This document shows, in pieces, positions 43,681 through 53,641 of a stretch of 64,000 nucleotides of DNA. The notes beneath the pieces were generated by a model. It was not told the origin of the DNA and ran no database searches. It was given only the letters and a program-made list of their open reading frames with translations. The position numbers and the translations under genes are program-made. Position 1 is the stretch's first letter, and each line of letters starts with the position of its first letter. This DNA is from an uncultured Clostridia bacterium (GTDB lineage Bacteria; Bacillota; Clostridia; Christensenellales; Aristaeellaceae): assembly GCA_947631405.1 (NCBI GenBank), contig CANRLC010000004.1, forward strand, positions 21,635 to 85,634, given 5' to 3'.

Positions 43681-43695
43681 GCAGGCTTCCCTTCC

Positions 43696-44889
43696 CTACT
43701 CCTCCACAATCACCGGACTCGTCACCAAGTCCCTTCCCGCGGCCCGCTTCTGCTCATTGCGGCACCCCAGCGCCCAGAGATCCTGCGCGCGCAGATCGAG
43801 CGCGAACCCCTCGTCCGCGCGGTCAAAGTCCGCCGCCTTCGCGATCAGCGGCACGCTCGCCGAGGCGCGCATCGCGTGCAGCAGCGGCAGCGCCCGCCGC
43901 CTGAAGCCGAGGATGCGCGCATAGCCGGGCCGCTCGATGCGCGCCGCCAGCGCGCGCGTCACGCCCAGCAGCGCCAGCGCGCAGAGCCGCGATAGCCGCG
44001 CGTAGGGATAGCGCCGCGTCTTCACCCGCGCGAGCAGCGCCTCCCGCGTGCCCGCCTCCGCCGCCGCGGCGAGAAAGCGCCCCTCCAGCCCTTCGTCCAT
44101 GCCCGGCACCTCGCGCAGCGCTTCCGCGTCCATCGTCCGCAGGCGGTAGAGCAGCGCGGCGTCCAGCGCGCCCGGCTCGTGTACGTCGCCCAGCGCCTCC
44201 GCCTCGCGGATCAGATCGGGAAACGGCACCGCGCCCAGCGCCGCGTCTGCCTCCCCGCGCTCCAAAGCCGCGCGCACCGCCGTCGCGCTCGCCAGCGGCG
44301 CGAGCGTCTCGTCGTGATAAGCGCAGCCCTCCCGCGCGACGGGGAACGCGCGCATCCCGCCCGGCAGCGCGCGCAAATACTCCAGCGCCAGCGCCGCGTT
44401 CGGCCGGTTCAGCGCGTCCGCCAGCCCCGGCGCGCCGCACGCCGCCTCCACCGCCAGCGCCTGCGCACGCGGAAAGCTCTCGCCCGCGTCCAACGCCCGC
44501 CGCAGCGCCGCGCGAAACGCGGGCGGCTCCTCGCGCAGCGCCCGCACGGCGTCGCCGAGCAGCGGCAGCGCGTCCGCCTCGCAGCCAAAGGAAAGATCCG
44601 CCCCCACGCCCAGCGAGGCGAGCAGCGCCATGCCGCCGCGCGCAAACTCCGGCGCGGGCGCGCAGGCAAAGCGCGCGGGCAGCTCCAATACCAGATCGGC
44701 CCCGCCCAGCAGCGCCATGCGCGCGCGCAGCCACTTGTCGTGCCGGGCGAACGCGCCGCGCTGCGTGAGCGCGCCGCTCATCAGGCAGAGCACATAGTCC
44801 GCGCCCGCCGCCTCGCGCGCGCGGCGCAGGTGCAGCGCATGCCCGTTGTGAAAGGGATTGTATTCGCAGATCACGCCGACGACGCGCAT
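43696..44889 (-). CDS. tmcAL: tRNA(Met) cytidine acetate ligase (YlbM/UPF0348 nucleotidyltransferase)
   Basis: MRVVGVICEYNPFHNGHALHL...VLCLMSGALTQRG matches the TmcAL N-terminal HxGH-type motif. The start was placed at the ATG at 44889. Confidence 0.8.
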   Translation of the reverse strand: MRVVGVICEYNPFHNGHALHLRRAREAAGADYVLCLMSGALTQRGAFARHDKWLRARMALLGGADLVLELPARFACAPAPEFARGGMALLASLGVGADLSFGCEADALPLLGDAVRALREEPPAFRAALRRALDAGESFPRAQALAVEAACGAPGLADALNRPNAALALEYLRALPGGMRAFPVAREGCAYHDETLAPLASATAVRAALERGEADAALGAVPFPDLIREAEALGDVHEPGALDAALLYRLRTMDAEALREVPGMDEGLEGRFLAAAAEAGTREALLARVKTRRYPYARLSRLCALALLGVTRALAARIERPGYARILGFRRRALPLLHAMRASASVPLIAKAADFDRADEGFALDLRAQDLWALGCRNEQKRAAGRDLVTSPVIVEE

Positions 44890-45032
44890 GCTCGCCTCCC
44901 CCGCGGCCCGGGGCCGCCCCATCGGAAAAAAGTTCCATGCATCCTTTTCAAACGCGCCGAAATGCGATATAATACGCGTAGATGCTCTTTCGGCCGTCAG
45001 GCCTATTATAACACGTCAAGGAGGAATGTCCA

Positions 45033-46028
45033 ATGTCCGTCATCGACAAGATCCGCGCGAAAGCCGCGGCAGACGTCAAGCATGTGGTGCTCGCCGAAGG
45101 CAGCGAGCCGCGCACCGTACAGGCCGCCGCGAAGATCGTGAAGCTGGGGCTGGCCAAGATCACGCTGGTCGGCGCGAAGGCCGAGATCGAGGCCAAGGCC
45201 GCCGAGCTGGGCGTGGATCTGGCGGGCGTCGCCATCGCCGACCCCGCGACCAGCGACAAGACCGCCGCCTACGCCGACGCGCTCTTCCATATCCGCGAGA
45301 AGAAGGGGATGACCCCGGAGAAGGCGACCGACCTCTGCCTGCACAACACGCTCTTCTACGGCACGATGATGCTCAAGATGGGCGACGCCGACGCGATGGT
45401 CGCCGGCGCAATCAACACCACCGGCGACGTGCTGCGTCCCGCGCTGCAGATCATCAAGGGCGCACCCGGGATCAAGACCGTGTCCTCCTGCTTCCTGATG
45501 GAGGTGCAGGATCGCCAGTACGGCGACGACGGCGTGCTCGTCTTCGGAGACTGCGCCGTGAACATCGCGCCGACCGCCGAGCAGCTGGCCGACATCGCCG
45601 TCGCCTCCGCGCAGACCGGCAAGGCGCTCGTCGGCCTCGACCCGCGCGTGGCGATGCTCTCCTTCTCCACCAAGGGTTCCGCCAAGCACGAGCTGGTGGA
45701 TAAGGTCGCCGAGGCCGTCCGCCTCGTACACGAGCAGGCGCCCGAGCTGAACGTGGACGGCGAGATGCAGGCCGACGCCGCGCTCGTCTCCTCCGTCGGC
45801 GATCTCAAGTGCCCGGGCAGCCCCGTCGCCGGCAAGGCCAACGTGCTCGTCTTCCCCGATCTTCAGGCCGGCAACATCGGCTACAAGCTGGTGCAGCGGC
45901 TGGGCAACGCGAAGGCCGTCGGCCCGATCATCCAAGGCTTGGCCAAGCCGGTCAACGACCTGTCCCGCGGCTGCTCCGTCGAGGACATCGTGGACGTCGT
46001 CGCCATCGCGGCGGTGAAGGCGCAGTAA
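45033..46028 (+). CDS. pta: Phosphate acetyltransferase
   Basis: The 331-aa protein has the typical short-form Pta sequence ([14 protein letters not shown]..., [19 protein letters not shown]). Confidence 0.92.
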   Translation: MSVIDKIRAKAAADVKHVVLAEGSEPRTVQAAAKIVKLGLAKITLVGAKAEIEAKAAELGVDLAGVAIADPATSDKTAAYADALFHIREKKGMTPEKATDLCLHNTLFYGTMMLKMGDADAMVAGAINTTGDVLRPALQIIKGAPGIKTVSSCFLMEVQDRQYGDDGVLVFGDCAVNIAPTAEQLADIAVASAQTGKALVGLDPRVAMLSFSTKGSAKHELVDKVAEAVRLVHEQAPELNVDGEMQADAALVSSVGDLKCPGSPVAGKANVLVFPDLQAGNIGYKLVQRLGNAKAVGPIIQGLAKPVNDLSRGCSVEDIVDVVAIAAVKAQ

Positions 46029-46065
46029 GGCCGGTTTCCCTATCAATTCGCAGGAGGAGATTCCC

Positions 46066-47259
46066 ATGAAAATTCTGGTCATCAACGCCGGGTCGTCCTC
46101 GCTCAAGTATCAGCTCATCGACATGGACGACGAGTCCGTGAAGGCGAAGGGTCTGGTCGAGCGCATCGGCATCGAGGGCACGCACTTCAAGCAGACCGTG
46201 CTGGACACGGGCAAGGTCATCGAGTTCACGCGCGACATGGCCGACCACACCGAGGCGATCTCCGCAGTGCTCTCCGCGCTGACCGACCGCGAGGCCGGGG
46301 CCATCGCCTCTCTCGACGAAATCGGCGCGTGCGGCCATCGTGTGCTCCACGGCGGCGAGACGTTCAAAGGTTCCGTGCTCGTGACCGAGGAGACCATGCG
46401 CGGCATCGAGGAGCTGGTGCCGCTCGGGCCGCTGCATCAGCCGGCGAACATCGCGGGCATCAAGGCGTGCCAGAAGGTCATGCCCACCAAGCCGAACGTC
46501 GCGGTGTTCGATACCGCCTTCCACCAGACCATGCCGCCCAAGGCGTTCCTCTACGGCGTGCCCTACGAGTATTATACGAACCTGAAGGTGCGCCGCTACG
46601 GCTTCCACGGCACGAGCCACCGCTTCATCTCGGGCGAGGTGCCTAAGCTGCTGGGCAAGAAGCCGGAGGACTGCAAGTTCATCATCTGCCATCTGGGCAA
46701 CGGCTCGTCCCTGAGCGCCATCGTCGGCGGCAAGGTCGTCGATACGACGATGGGCCTCACCCCGCTGGAGGGCGTGCTGATGGGCACCCGCTCCGGCGAC
46801 GTCGATCCCGCCGTGCTCGAGTATGTGATGGACAACACCGGCATGGACATCCATCAGATGCTGAACGTGCTCAACAAGAAGTCCGGCTTCGCGGGCCTGT
46901 CCTGCTCCAGCGACATGCGCGACGTCAAGGCCGCCGCCGCCAAGGGCGACAAGCAGGCGCAGGCCGCGCTGGACGTGTGGGTCTACCGGCTGCAGAAGTA
47001 TCTGGGCGCGTATAACGTCGCCGTCGGCGGCGCGGACGCCATCGTCTTCACGGCGGGCATCGGCGAAAACGACACCGACGCCTGTGCGCAGGTCATCTCC
47101 GGCCTGTCCTTCATGGGCGTCAAGATCGACCCCGCGAAGAACCTGCGCGGCGTGACCGGGATCATCAGCACCGACGATTCGACCATCAAGGTGCTGCGCA
47201 TCCCGACCAACGAGGAGCTGCCCATCGCGCGCGACACGCTGGCCATCGTCACCAGGTAA
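46066..47259 (+). CDS. ackA: Acetate kinase
   Basis: MKILVINAGSSSLKYQL..., GHRVLHGG and FTAGIGEN motifs are present. Confidence 0.95.
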   Translation: MKILVINAGSSSLKYQLIDMDDESVKAKGLVERIGIEGTHFKQTVLDTGKVIEFTRDMADHTEAISAVLSALTDREAGAIASLDEIGACGHRVLHGGETFKGSVLVTEETMRGIEELVPLGPLHQPANIAGIKACQKVMPTKPNVAVFDTAFHQTMPPKAFLYGVPYEYYTNLKVRRYGFHGTSHRFISGEVPKLLGKKPEDCKFIICHLGNGSSLSAIVGGKVVDTTMGLTPLEGVLMGTRSGDVDPAVLEYVMDNTGMDIHQMLNVLNKKSGFAGLSCSSDMRDVKAAAAKGDKQAQAALDVWVYRLQKYLGAYNVAVGGADAIVFTAGIGENDTDACAQVISGLSFMGVKIDPAKNLRGVTGIISTDDSTIKVLRIPTNEELPIARDTLAIVTR

Positions 47260-47444
47260 AGATCGCTTTCCCTTGCGCCGCCCCATACGGGCGGCGCTTC
47301 GTCTGCCGAAAATCCGCTTTCTTTTCGCTGATTGACTTTGGGGGCGTTCTTCCTCCCCCCTTCGGGGGAGGGAGAACTTCTTTGCCAAGCTGCGCCGCCT
47401 CCCGCGGGCGGCGCTTTTTCTTTGCGTTGCCCCCAAATAAGCGC

Positions 47445-47473
47445 TTGACAAGCCCCGCGCGAGCGCGTATAAT
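47445..47473 (+). promoter_or_regulatory. Consensus sigma-A promoter for yceD-rpmF
   Basis: TTGACA (47445-47450), a 17-nt spacer and TATAAT (47468-47473) are present. Confidence 0.65.
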
Positions 47474-47501
47474 GAGAAACGGTCGATTTTGAGGTGAGGG
47501 T

Positions 47502-48023
47502 ATGAAGCTGGACATCACCAAGGGCATCCAGCGCAAAGGCTCGCAGGTCGCGTGCGACCTTGCGGAGAGCTGGGGCGAGGATCGCTGGAACGGCGATGTC
47601 ATCCGCTTTGCAAGCCCCGTGACCTTTTCCGGCAGCTACCTGCTCGCCGACGAGACCGTCGTGCTGCGCGGCGTCGCCCGCGCGCAGATCGAGTCCCGCT
47701 GCGCGCGCTGCCTGCGCCCCACGCTGACTACGGTCTGCGCCGAGGTGGACGAGGCCTTTGAGCGAGACACGGGCGAGGCGCGCTCCCCGGAGGACGATGC
47801 CTACGTCTATTCCGGGCACACGGTCGATCTCACCGACGCCGTGCGCACCGCGCTGCTGCTGGAGATGCCCTCCCGCGTGCTGTGCAGGGAGGACTGCCGC
47901 GGCCTCTGCCCCCGGTGCGGGCAGGATCTGAATGTCGCCGATTGTTCATGCCGGCGGGAACGCGATCGCGAAAACCCGTTTTCGGCATTGGCATCTTTGC
48001 TCAATGAGGATGAGGAGGTGTAA
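47502..48023 (+). CDS. yceD: YceD/DUF177 family protein (ribosome maturation-associated)
   Basis: It has the CxRCL...CxxxCxGLCxxCG zinc-ribbon-like C-terminus and the conserved position directly upstream of rpmF. Confidence 0.8.
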   Translation: MKLDITKGIQRKGSQVACDLAESWGEDRWNGDVIRFASPVTFSGSYLLADETVVLRGVARAQIESRCARCLRPTLTTVCAEVDEAFERDTGEARSPEDDAYVYSGHTVDLTDAVRTALLLEMPSRVLCREDCRGLCPRCGQDLNVADCSCRRERDRENPFSALASLLNEDEEV

Positions 48024-48025
48024 AA

Positions 48026-48223
48026 ATGGCTCTTCCCAAGTATAAAGTCTCGAAGTCCCGCGGACGCATGCGCCGCGCGCACTGGAAGCTGTCCGCGCCC
48101 GGCATCGTCAAGTGCCCGCGCTGCCAGAAGATGAAGCTGGCCCATCGTATCTGCAAGCATTGCGGCTACTACGACGGCAAGCAGGTCATCGAGATGGACG
48201 TCGAGTCCGGCTCCGACAAGTGA
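48026..48223 (+). CDS. rpmF: 50S ribosomal protein L32
   Basis: The translation reads MALPKYKVSKSRGRMRRAHWKLSAPGIVKCPRCQKMKLAHRICKHCGYY. Confidence 0.93.
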   Translation: MALPKYKVSKSRGRMRRAHWKLSAPGIVKCPRCQKMKLAHRICKHCGYYDGKQVIEMDVESGSDK

Positions 48224-48296
48224 GGCGCATATCCCCCGGCGGTCACCGCACGGGGGTTTGTTTTCGCCCATTTTTCCGCTGCAAAGGAGGATGCGC

Positions 48297-49475
48297 ATGA
48301 TCTCCACGGCGCTGCTGGCGATGATCTATCTCTCGTTCGTCAGCCTCGGCCTGCCGGATTCGCTGCTCGGCAGCGCGTGGCCGTCGATGGCCCCGGCGAT
48401 CTCCGCGCCGCTGTGGGGCGCGGGGCTGGTGCAGATGACGATCTCCTTCGGCACGATCGTCTCGAGCCTGTGCGGCGCGAAGCTCATTAGGCGTCTGGGC
48501 ACGGGGCGGCTGACGGCCCTCTCCGTGGCGACGACGGCGCTGGCGCTGCTGGGCTTTTCCTTCGCGCAGAGCATCGGCGCTTTGCTGCTGCTGGCGGTGC
48601 CGCTGGGGCTGGGCGCGGGCGCGGTGGATACGGCGCTCAACAACTACGTCGCGCTGCACTGCAAGCCCCGGCACATGAGCTGGCTGCACTGCTTCTGGGG
48701 CGTGGGCACGACGCTGGGGCCGATGGCGCTCTCGGCGCTGCTGCGCTCGGGCTTCTCGTGGGCGGCGGGCTACCGGCTGGTCGGCGCGCTGCAATGCCTG
48801 CTCAGCGCGGCGCTGTTCCTGACGCTGCCGCTCTGGGCGAAGGCAAACGACGCGGCGGAGGCCGCGCGCACGCGCGACCTGTCCGTGCGGCAGGTGCTCG
48901 CGCTGCCGGGCGCAAAGCAGGGCATGCTCACGTTCGTGTGCTACTGCTCGGTGGAATCGACGCTGGGCCTTTGGGCGGCGACATATCTGGTCGTCGTGCG
49001 CGGGATGGACGCGGCGCATGCGGCGTCGCTGGCGGCGCTATTCTATGTGGGCATCACGGCGGGGCGTGCGGCGTCCGGATTCATGACGCTGCGCTTTTCG
49101 CCCCGGCAGATGGTGTCGCTGGGCCTTGGCGTGCTGCTGTGCGGCGCGGCGATGATGGCGCTGCCGCAATCGGGGCTGATGCTCGCGGGGCTGCTGCTGT
49201 GCGGCCTTGGCTGCGCGCCGATCTATCCGAACATCATTCAGGACACGCCGGTCAACTACGGCGCGGAGAACTCGCAATCCGCCGTCGGCGTGCAGATGGC
49301 CTCGGCCTACGTCGGCTCCACGTTCATGCCGACGATCTTCGGCCGCCTCGCGCGGGCGCTGTCCTACGCGGCGCTGCCAGGATTTGCGATGCTGCTCACG
49401 GCGGCGATGGCGCTGCTGTTTTCCGCGCAGAAGCGCGCGATCGAACGCGCCCGGCGCGGCAGCGCGGCGCGCTGA
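48297..49475 (+). CDS. MFS transporter
   Basis: The protein has about 12 hydrophobic segments with an MFS-like organisation. The start was placed at the ATG at 48297, 6 nt after AAAGGAGG. Confidence 0.7.
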   Translation: MISTALLAMIYLSFVSLGLPDSLLGSAWPSMAPAISAPLWGAGLVQMTISFGTIVSSLCGAKLIRRLGTGRLTALSVATTALALLGFSFAQSIGALLLLAVPLGLGAGAVDTALNNYVALHCKPRHMSWLHCFWGVGTTLGPMALSALLRSGFSWAAGYRLVGALQCLLSAALFLTLPLWAKANDAAEAARTRDLSVRQVLALPGAKQGMLTFVCYCSVESTLGLWAATYLVVVRGMDAAHAASLAALFYVGITAGRAASGFMTLRFSPRQMVSLGLGVLLCGAAMMALPQSGLMLAGLLLCGLGCAPIYPNIIQDTPVNYGAENSQSAVGVQMASAYVGSTFMPTIFGRLARALSYAALPGFAMLLTAAMALLFSAQKRAIERARRGSAAR

Positions 49476-49500
49476 CATTCACCTTGACGGAGGGATGCGC

Positions 49501-50094
49501 ATGGAGACCCCGAAAGAAAGCGCGAAGGAAAGCGCGGCGCAGCCGCGCGAGCGGCTTGGCGCGCTGCTATTGCAGTTTTTGAAGTTCGGCTGCTTCACCT
49601 TTGGCGGCGGCTGGAGCATCGTATCGCAGATGCAGCGCGTCTATGTGGAGGAGCGCAAGACGATCAGCAACGAGGACTTGCTCGACCTGACCAGCGTCGG
49701 CCGCAGCCTGCCCGGCACGATGATCGCGAACATCGCGTTCCTGTTCGGCTACCGTCAGGCGGGCGTGCCCGGAGGGCTGGTGTGCGTGACCGGCATGGTG
49801 CTGCCGCCGCTGGCGCTGCTCTCGGTGATCACGCTGTTTTACACGGCCTTTCGGGACAGCTATTGGGTCGCCGCCGCGATGAACGGCATCCGCGCGGCGG
49901 TCGTGCCGATCATCCTGTGCGCGGCGCTGCCGCTGACGAAGAGCGCGCTCGTGCGCCGTTCGGCCTTTGTGCTCGCGGCGCTGGCCTTGGGCGCGTATCT
50001 GCTGGGCGTGGGCTGCGTATGGCTGGTGATCGCGGGCGCGGTGTGCGGGCTGCTCCTGTGCGCCGCGCGGCGCGAAAGGGGGCGCAAAGCGTGA
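49501..50094 (+). CDS. chrA: Chromate transporter family protein (half-size, N-type)
   Basis: FLKFGCFTFGGGWSIVSQMQ... matches the ChrA/CHR family motif. It is paired with a second half-size gene. Confidence 0.8.
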   Translation: METPKESAKESAAQPRERLGALLLQFLKFGCFTFGGGWSIVSQMQRVYVEERKTISNEDLLDLTSVGRSLPGTMIANIAFLFGYRQAGVPGGLVCVTGMVLPPLALLSVITLFYTAFRDSYWVAAAMNGIRAAVVPIILCAALPLTKSALVRRSAFVLAALALGAYLLGVGCVWLVIAGAVCGLLLCAARRERGRKA

Positions 50095-50639
50095 TTCGGC
50101 TGTTGTTTACGCTCCTTTGGAGCTTCACCAAGATCGGCTTCACCAGCTTTGGCGGGCTGTCGATGATCCCGCTCATCTCCAGCGAGATGGTCGCCCACGG
50201 CTTCATGACCGCCGCCGAGGTGTCGGACATCGTGGCGATCGCCGAGATGACGCCCGGGCCGCTCGGCCTCAACTGCGCCACGTTTGCGGGCATGCGCACG
50301 GCGGGGCTGCCCGGCGCGCTCGCGGCGAATCTGGGCATTCTGCTGCCGACGCTCACGCTGACCGCCGCCGCGGCGATCTTCTACGAGCGCTTCAAAGATA
50401 GCCGCGTCATGCAGGACGTGATGGCGGGCGTGCGCCCGGTCTGCGTGGGGATGATCTTCGGCGTCGCGCTGGAGCTTTGCGCGAGCAATTATCTGGCGGA
50501 GGGGCGGGTGCTGCTGCCGTATGTGATCTTGGGCGCGGCCGATCTGTTTCTGCTGCTGAAGGTCAAGCTGTCCATTCCCAAGCTGATCGGGCTGAACGCG
50601 CTGGCGGGGATGCTGCTCTTTGGGGTGCTGGGGATGTAG
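50091..50639 (+). CDS. chrA: Chromate transporter family protein (half-size, C-type)
   Basis: The GTG start overlaps the upstream stop (GTGA). FTKIGFTSFGGLSMIPLI... is the second CHR-domain motif. Confidence 0.8.
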   Translation: MIRLLFTLLWSFTKIGFTSFGGLSMIPLISSEMVAHGFMTAAEVSDIVAIAEMTPGPLGLNCATFAGMRTAGLPGALAANLGILLPTLTLTAAAAIFYERFKDSRVMQDVMAGVRPVCVGMIFGVALELCASNYLAEGRVLLPYVILGAADLFLLLKVKLSIPKLIGLNALAGMLLFGVLGM

Positions 50640-50790
50640 CTGTACTGCAAAGCACAGGATGGGGTCTGGGGACAATGTCCCCAGACAGGGTTTGGGGCGG
50701 TAGCCCCAACGTTCCCCGGCGCGTAGCGCCCACAAATCAGTAGCCCGGTAGCGAAGCGTTCCCGGGCGGGTTGCTCATGCAAAGTGGCGT
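50640..50790 (-). repeat. REP-like repeat, subfamily 2 (inverted relative to the 60330-60476 copy)
   Basis: CAGGATGGGGTCTGGGGACAATGTCCCCAGACAGGGTTTGGGGCGGTAGCCCCAACG is the exact reverse complement of 60398-60454. Its flanks are about 85 percent similar by eye. Confidence 0.8.
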
Positions 50791-50934
50791 GCTCCCGCTT
50801 TTGCTTGTCCTGCGTAACCCAATGACAGAATGATAGATGCTTTGATTTGAGAATAGTATCAGGCGAACGCGGCCGAAGGGTGATTGACGAAAAAGAAAGA
50901 GAGCCGGTGCGCAGGTGTGCGTCCGGCTCTCCTT

Positions 50935-51090
50935 TTTTGCATCGGTTTGCGATCTCCACCGCCCGGTTTCGCGAGACGCTTCGCGTCCGCTTCCGGGCTG
51001 CTTTTGTTTTTTTGGGGAAACGCTGGGGCCTCGCCCCAGACCCCGCCCGAGGGATTTCATCCCTCGGACTCCCTTCCCTTTCACCCTTAT
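50935..51090 (+). repeat. REP-like multi-hairpin repeat
   Basis: CCGCCCGGTTTCGCGAGACGCTTCGCGTCCGC is followed by GCTGGGGCCTCGCCCCAGACCCCGCCCGAGGGATTTCATCCCTCGGACTCCCTTCCC. Confidence 0.8.
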
Positions 51091-51094
51091 TCTT

Positions 51095-52204
51095 TTACGC
51101 CTGCCCCATCAGCGCGGCGATCACGCTCTCCGCCCAAGTATCAAACCCCTCCGGGTCGCGGTCATAGAGCAGCCCCGTGCAGTCCGTCGCGCCCACCGTC
51201 AGCGCATAGACGCTCTCTCCGAGCGCATCCGCCGCCGGACAGACGATCTGCTTCGCCGCATCGCCGCAGAGCAGCGCTTCCGCGAGCGACAGCGCCGCCT
51301 CGCGCCGCGCCTGGTCGTTCCAACACGCGCGCGAAATCGTCAGCCCCACGCTCGGCGTGCCAACGACCGCCGTGCGCGCCTGCCCGTCCGCCGCGGGCGC
51401 GTTGACCACGATCACCTGCGCCGCGCGCTCCGCCGGAACCTGCAGCGCGAGCGTGTCCGCGTCAAAGCGCATCGCCGCGCCGCCGGAGAGGAAGAGCGCC
51501 TCCATCTCCTCGTCGCGCGCGTTCCACGGATCCGCGCCGAACGCGCCTACCGCGCAGAGCGCCGCGAGCGTCTGCTGCGCGCCGGTGCGCGAATCCGCCT
51601 CGCCGAATTGCTCCGCCGGGGCGCCCATCAGCGCCGCGCAGTCGAGCGCGATCTCCGACCACTCGCACAGCGCGTTGGCGATCGGCGTCACGCCCCGCTG
51701 CGCGAGCGCCGTACACACAGCGATCAGCTCGTCCAGCGTCTTGGGCGCGGAGAGGCCCGCCGCCGCGAGCACGTCCTGATTGACGTACAGCGCCTCCCAG
51801 TTGAGCCGCACCGGGGTCAGCAGCACGCTGCCGTCGGCCTCGGCCATCGCGCGCATCTCGCGCGCGCCGAGCTGCGGCGCGGCCTGCGCAAGCTCCTGCG
51901 CCGATACGACCTGCTCGCCCGTCAGCCCGGAGCCGACCGGGACGATCAGCAGGTCGGCCTCGCCGCTCGCGAGCAGCTCCTGCATCTGGGCGAGCCACGC
52001 CTCGTCGATCAGTCCGGAATAGTCCTCGACGAGGTTGCCCGAGCTGCCCTCCCACGCGGTCACGATGTCCATGTACGCCTGCGCGGCGAAATCGACGTCG
52101 GCGAACGGCGTCAGCGTGCGGAGCGTGACGCCCGCCGCCAGCGCGCAGCAGCCCGCCATGCACAGCGCTGCGGCGAGCAGCGCGCATACAAAGATCTTGC
52201 GCAT
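51095..52204 (-). CDS. Putative lipoprotein, ABC-type extracellular solute-binding-protein-like
   Basis: The start MRKIFVCALLAAALCMAGCC contains a lipobox. The overall size and composition resemble family-1 SBPs. No permease or ATPase gene is adjacent. Confidence 0.5.
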   Translation of the reverse strand: MRKIFVCALLAAALCMAGCCALAAGVTLRTLTPFADVDFAAQAYMDIVTAWEGSSGNLVEDYSGLIDEAWLAQMQELLASGEADLLIVPVGSGLTGEQVVSAQELAQAAPQLGAREMRAMAEADGSVLLTPVRLNWEALYVNQDVLAAAGLSAPKTLDELIAVCTALAQRGVTPIANALCEWSEIALDCAALMGAPAEQFGEADSRTGAQQTLAALCAVGAFGADPWNARDEEMEALFLSGGAAMRFDADTLALQVPAERAAQVIVVNAPAADGQARTAVVGTPSVGLTISRACWNDQARREAALSLAEALLCGDAAKQIVCPAADALGESVYALTVGATDCTGLLYDRDPEGFDTWAESVIAALMGQA

Positions 52205-52247
52205 AAGAATCCCTCCTGTTTTACACGTCTCTATTTTTTTGGGGTGT

Positions 52248-53624
52248 TTACAATCCAAGATTGATCGCGCGCTGCAGCGCGCGCCGCGCGATGGGCGCGG
52301 CCACCGCGCCGCCGGAGCCGCCGTGCTCCACCAGCACGCTGACGGCGTAGGGCGCGTTGTCGTTGACGACGTAGCCCACGAACCACGCGTGCGCCGCGAC
52401 GCCCTCGTCGTCGCTGACCTCGGCGGAACCCGTCTTGCCCGCGACGACGTAGCCGTCGCCGAGCGCGGCGCGCGTGCCCGTGCCGGATTTCACGACGGCG
52501 ATCATGTCTTCCTCGATCTCCTGCGCGACGGCCGCGGGCAGCGCCCTGCTCCCCGGCTCCCGGGCGGGCAGCTTGCGCGCGCCGCCCTGCGCGGTGGTGA
52601 TCGAGGCGAGCAGCGTCGGCTCGACCGACAGCCCGCCGCGCGCCACCGTACAGGCGATGAGCGCCATATGCAGCGGCGTCGCCAGCACGCGGCCCTGACC
52701 GATGGACGACCACGCGAGATCCTCCGCGCTCAGATCGTCGATGGGATAGCTGGAGTTATAGACGATGAGGTCGCCGAACATGAAGTTCTCGTTGAAGCCG
52801 AGCTGCTCCGCCGTCGCGCCGAGCATCTGATAGCTGAGATCCTGCGAGAGCGCGGCGAACGCCGTGTTGCAGGAATGGACGAACGCCTGCTTGAGCGACT
52901 GCACGCCGTGCTCGGCGCTCTCGGTGACGGAATAGTTGCCCACCGGGTAATAGCCGGTGCAGTTGAAGGCGAAGTCGTCGAGATCGGGCAGGTTTTCCAG
53001 CGCCGAGGCGAGCGTCACGATCTTGAACGTGGAGCCGGGCGGGTACAGCCCCTGCGTCGCCCGGTTGACCAGCGCGCCCGCCTCCTCGTCGGCCAAGGCG
53101 CTCTCCATGTCCTCGGGGTCAAACTGCGGCAGGGAGACCATCGCCAGGATCTCGCCCGTCTTGTAGTTCATCACCACGACCGCGCCGCGCTTGCCCTCGG
53201 GGAAGGACTCGGTGATGTGGCGGGAGAGGCGCTCGGAGATCGTCAGGCGCACGTCGTCGCCGCGCTGGGGCGTTCCGGTGAAGGCGTCGGCCAGACGCTC
53301 CCAGACGCTCGACTTAAAGCCGAGCAGGTACGGCGCGTGGAACGTCTCCACGCCCGTGGACACCTGCCCGCCGCTGTCGCCCACCACCTGCGAGACCGCC
53401 ATGCGCGTCTCGCGGTTGTCGCTGTAGCGCCGCGCGCCGGAGGCGTCGGTATAGGCGAGCACCGCGCCGTCGCGGTCGGTCACCGTGCCCATGACGACGC
53501 TCTGCTTCTGGCTGGTGATGCGCGGGTTATAGGGGTTGGAGACCCAGCGCCCGCCGTAGAAGAACACGGAGTAGCAGCAGTAGGCGGTCATCACGCCGAA
53601 GAGCGCGAAGAGCAGGGTGAGCAT
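52248..53624 (-). CDS. Class B penicillin-binding protein (PbpA-like transpeptidase)
   Basis: The active-site motifs STFK (GSTFKIVT), SxN (HSCN) and KTG (GKTGSAE) are present, along with a single N-terminal TM segment. Confidence 0.85.
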   Translation of the reverse strand: MLTLLFALFGVMTAYCCYSVFFYGGRWVSNPYNPRITSQKQSVVMGTVTDRDGAVLAYTDASGARRYSDNRETRMAVSQVVGDSGGQVSTGVETFHAPYLLGFKSSVWERLADAFTGTPQRGDDVRLTISERLSRHITESFPEGKRGAVVVMNYKTGEILAMVSLPQFDPEDMESALADEEAGALVNRATQGLYPPGSTFKIVTLASALENLPDLDDFAFNCTGYYPVGNYSVTESAEHGVQSLKQAFVHSCNTAFAALSQDLSYQMLGATAEQLGFNENFMFGDLIVYNSSYPIDDLSAEDLAWSSIGQGRVLATPLHMALIACTVARGGLSVEPTLLASITTAQGGARKLPAREPGSRALPAAVAQEIEEDMIAVVKSGTGTRAALGDGYVVAGKTGSAEVSDDEGVAAHAWFVGYVVNDNAPYAVSVLVEHGGSGGAVAAPIARRALQRAINLGL

Positions 53625-53641
53625 GAGGCGGATGCGCCGTT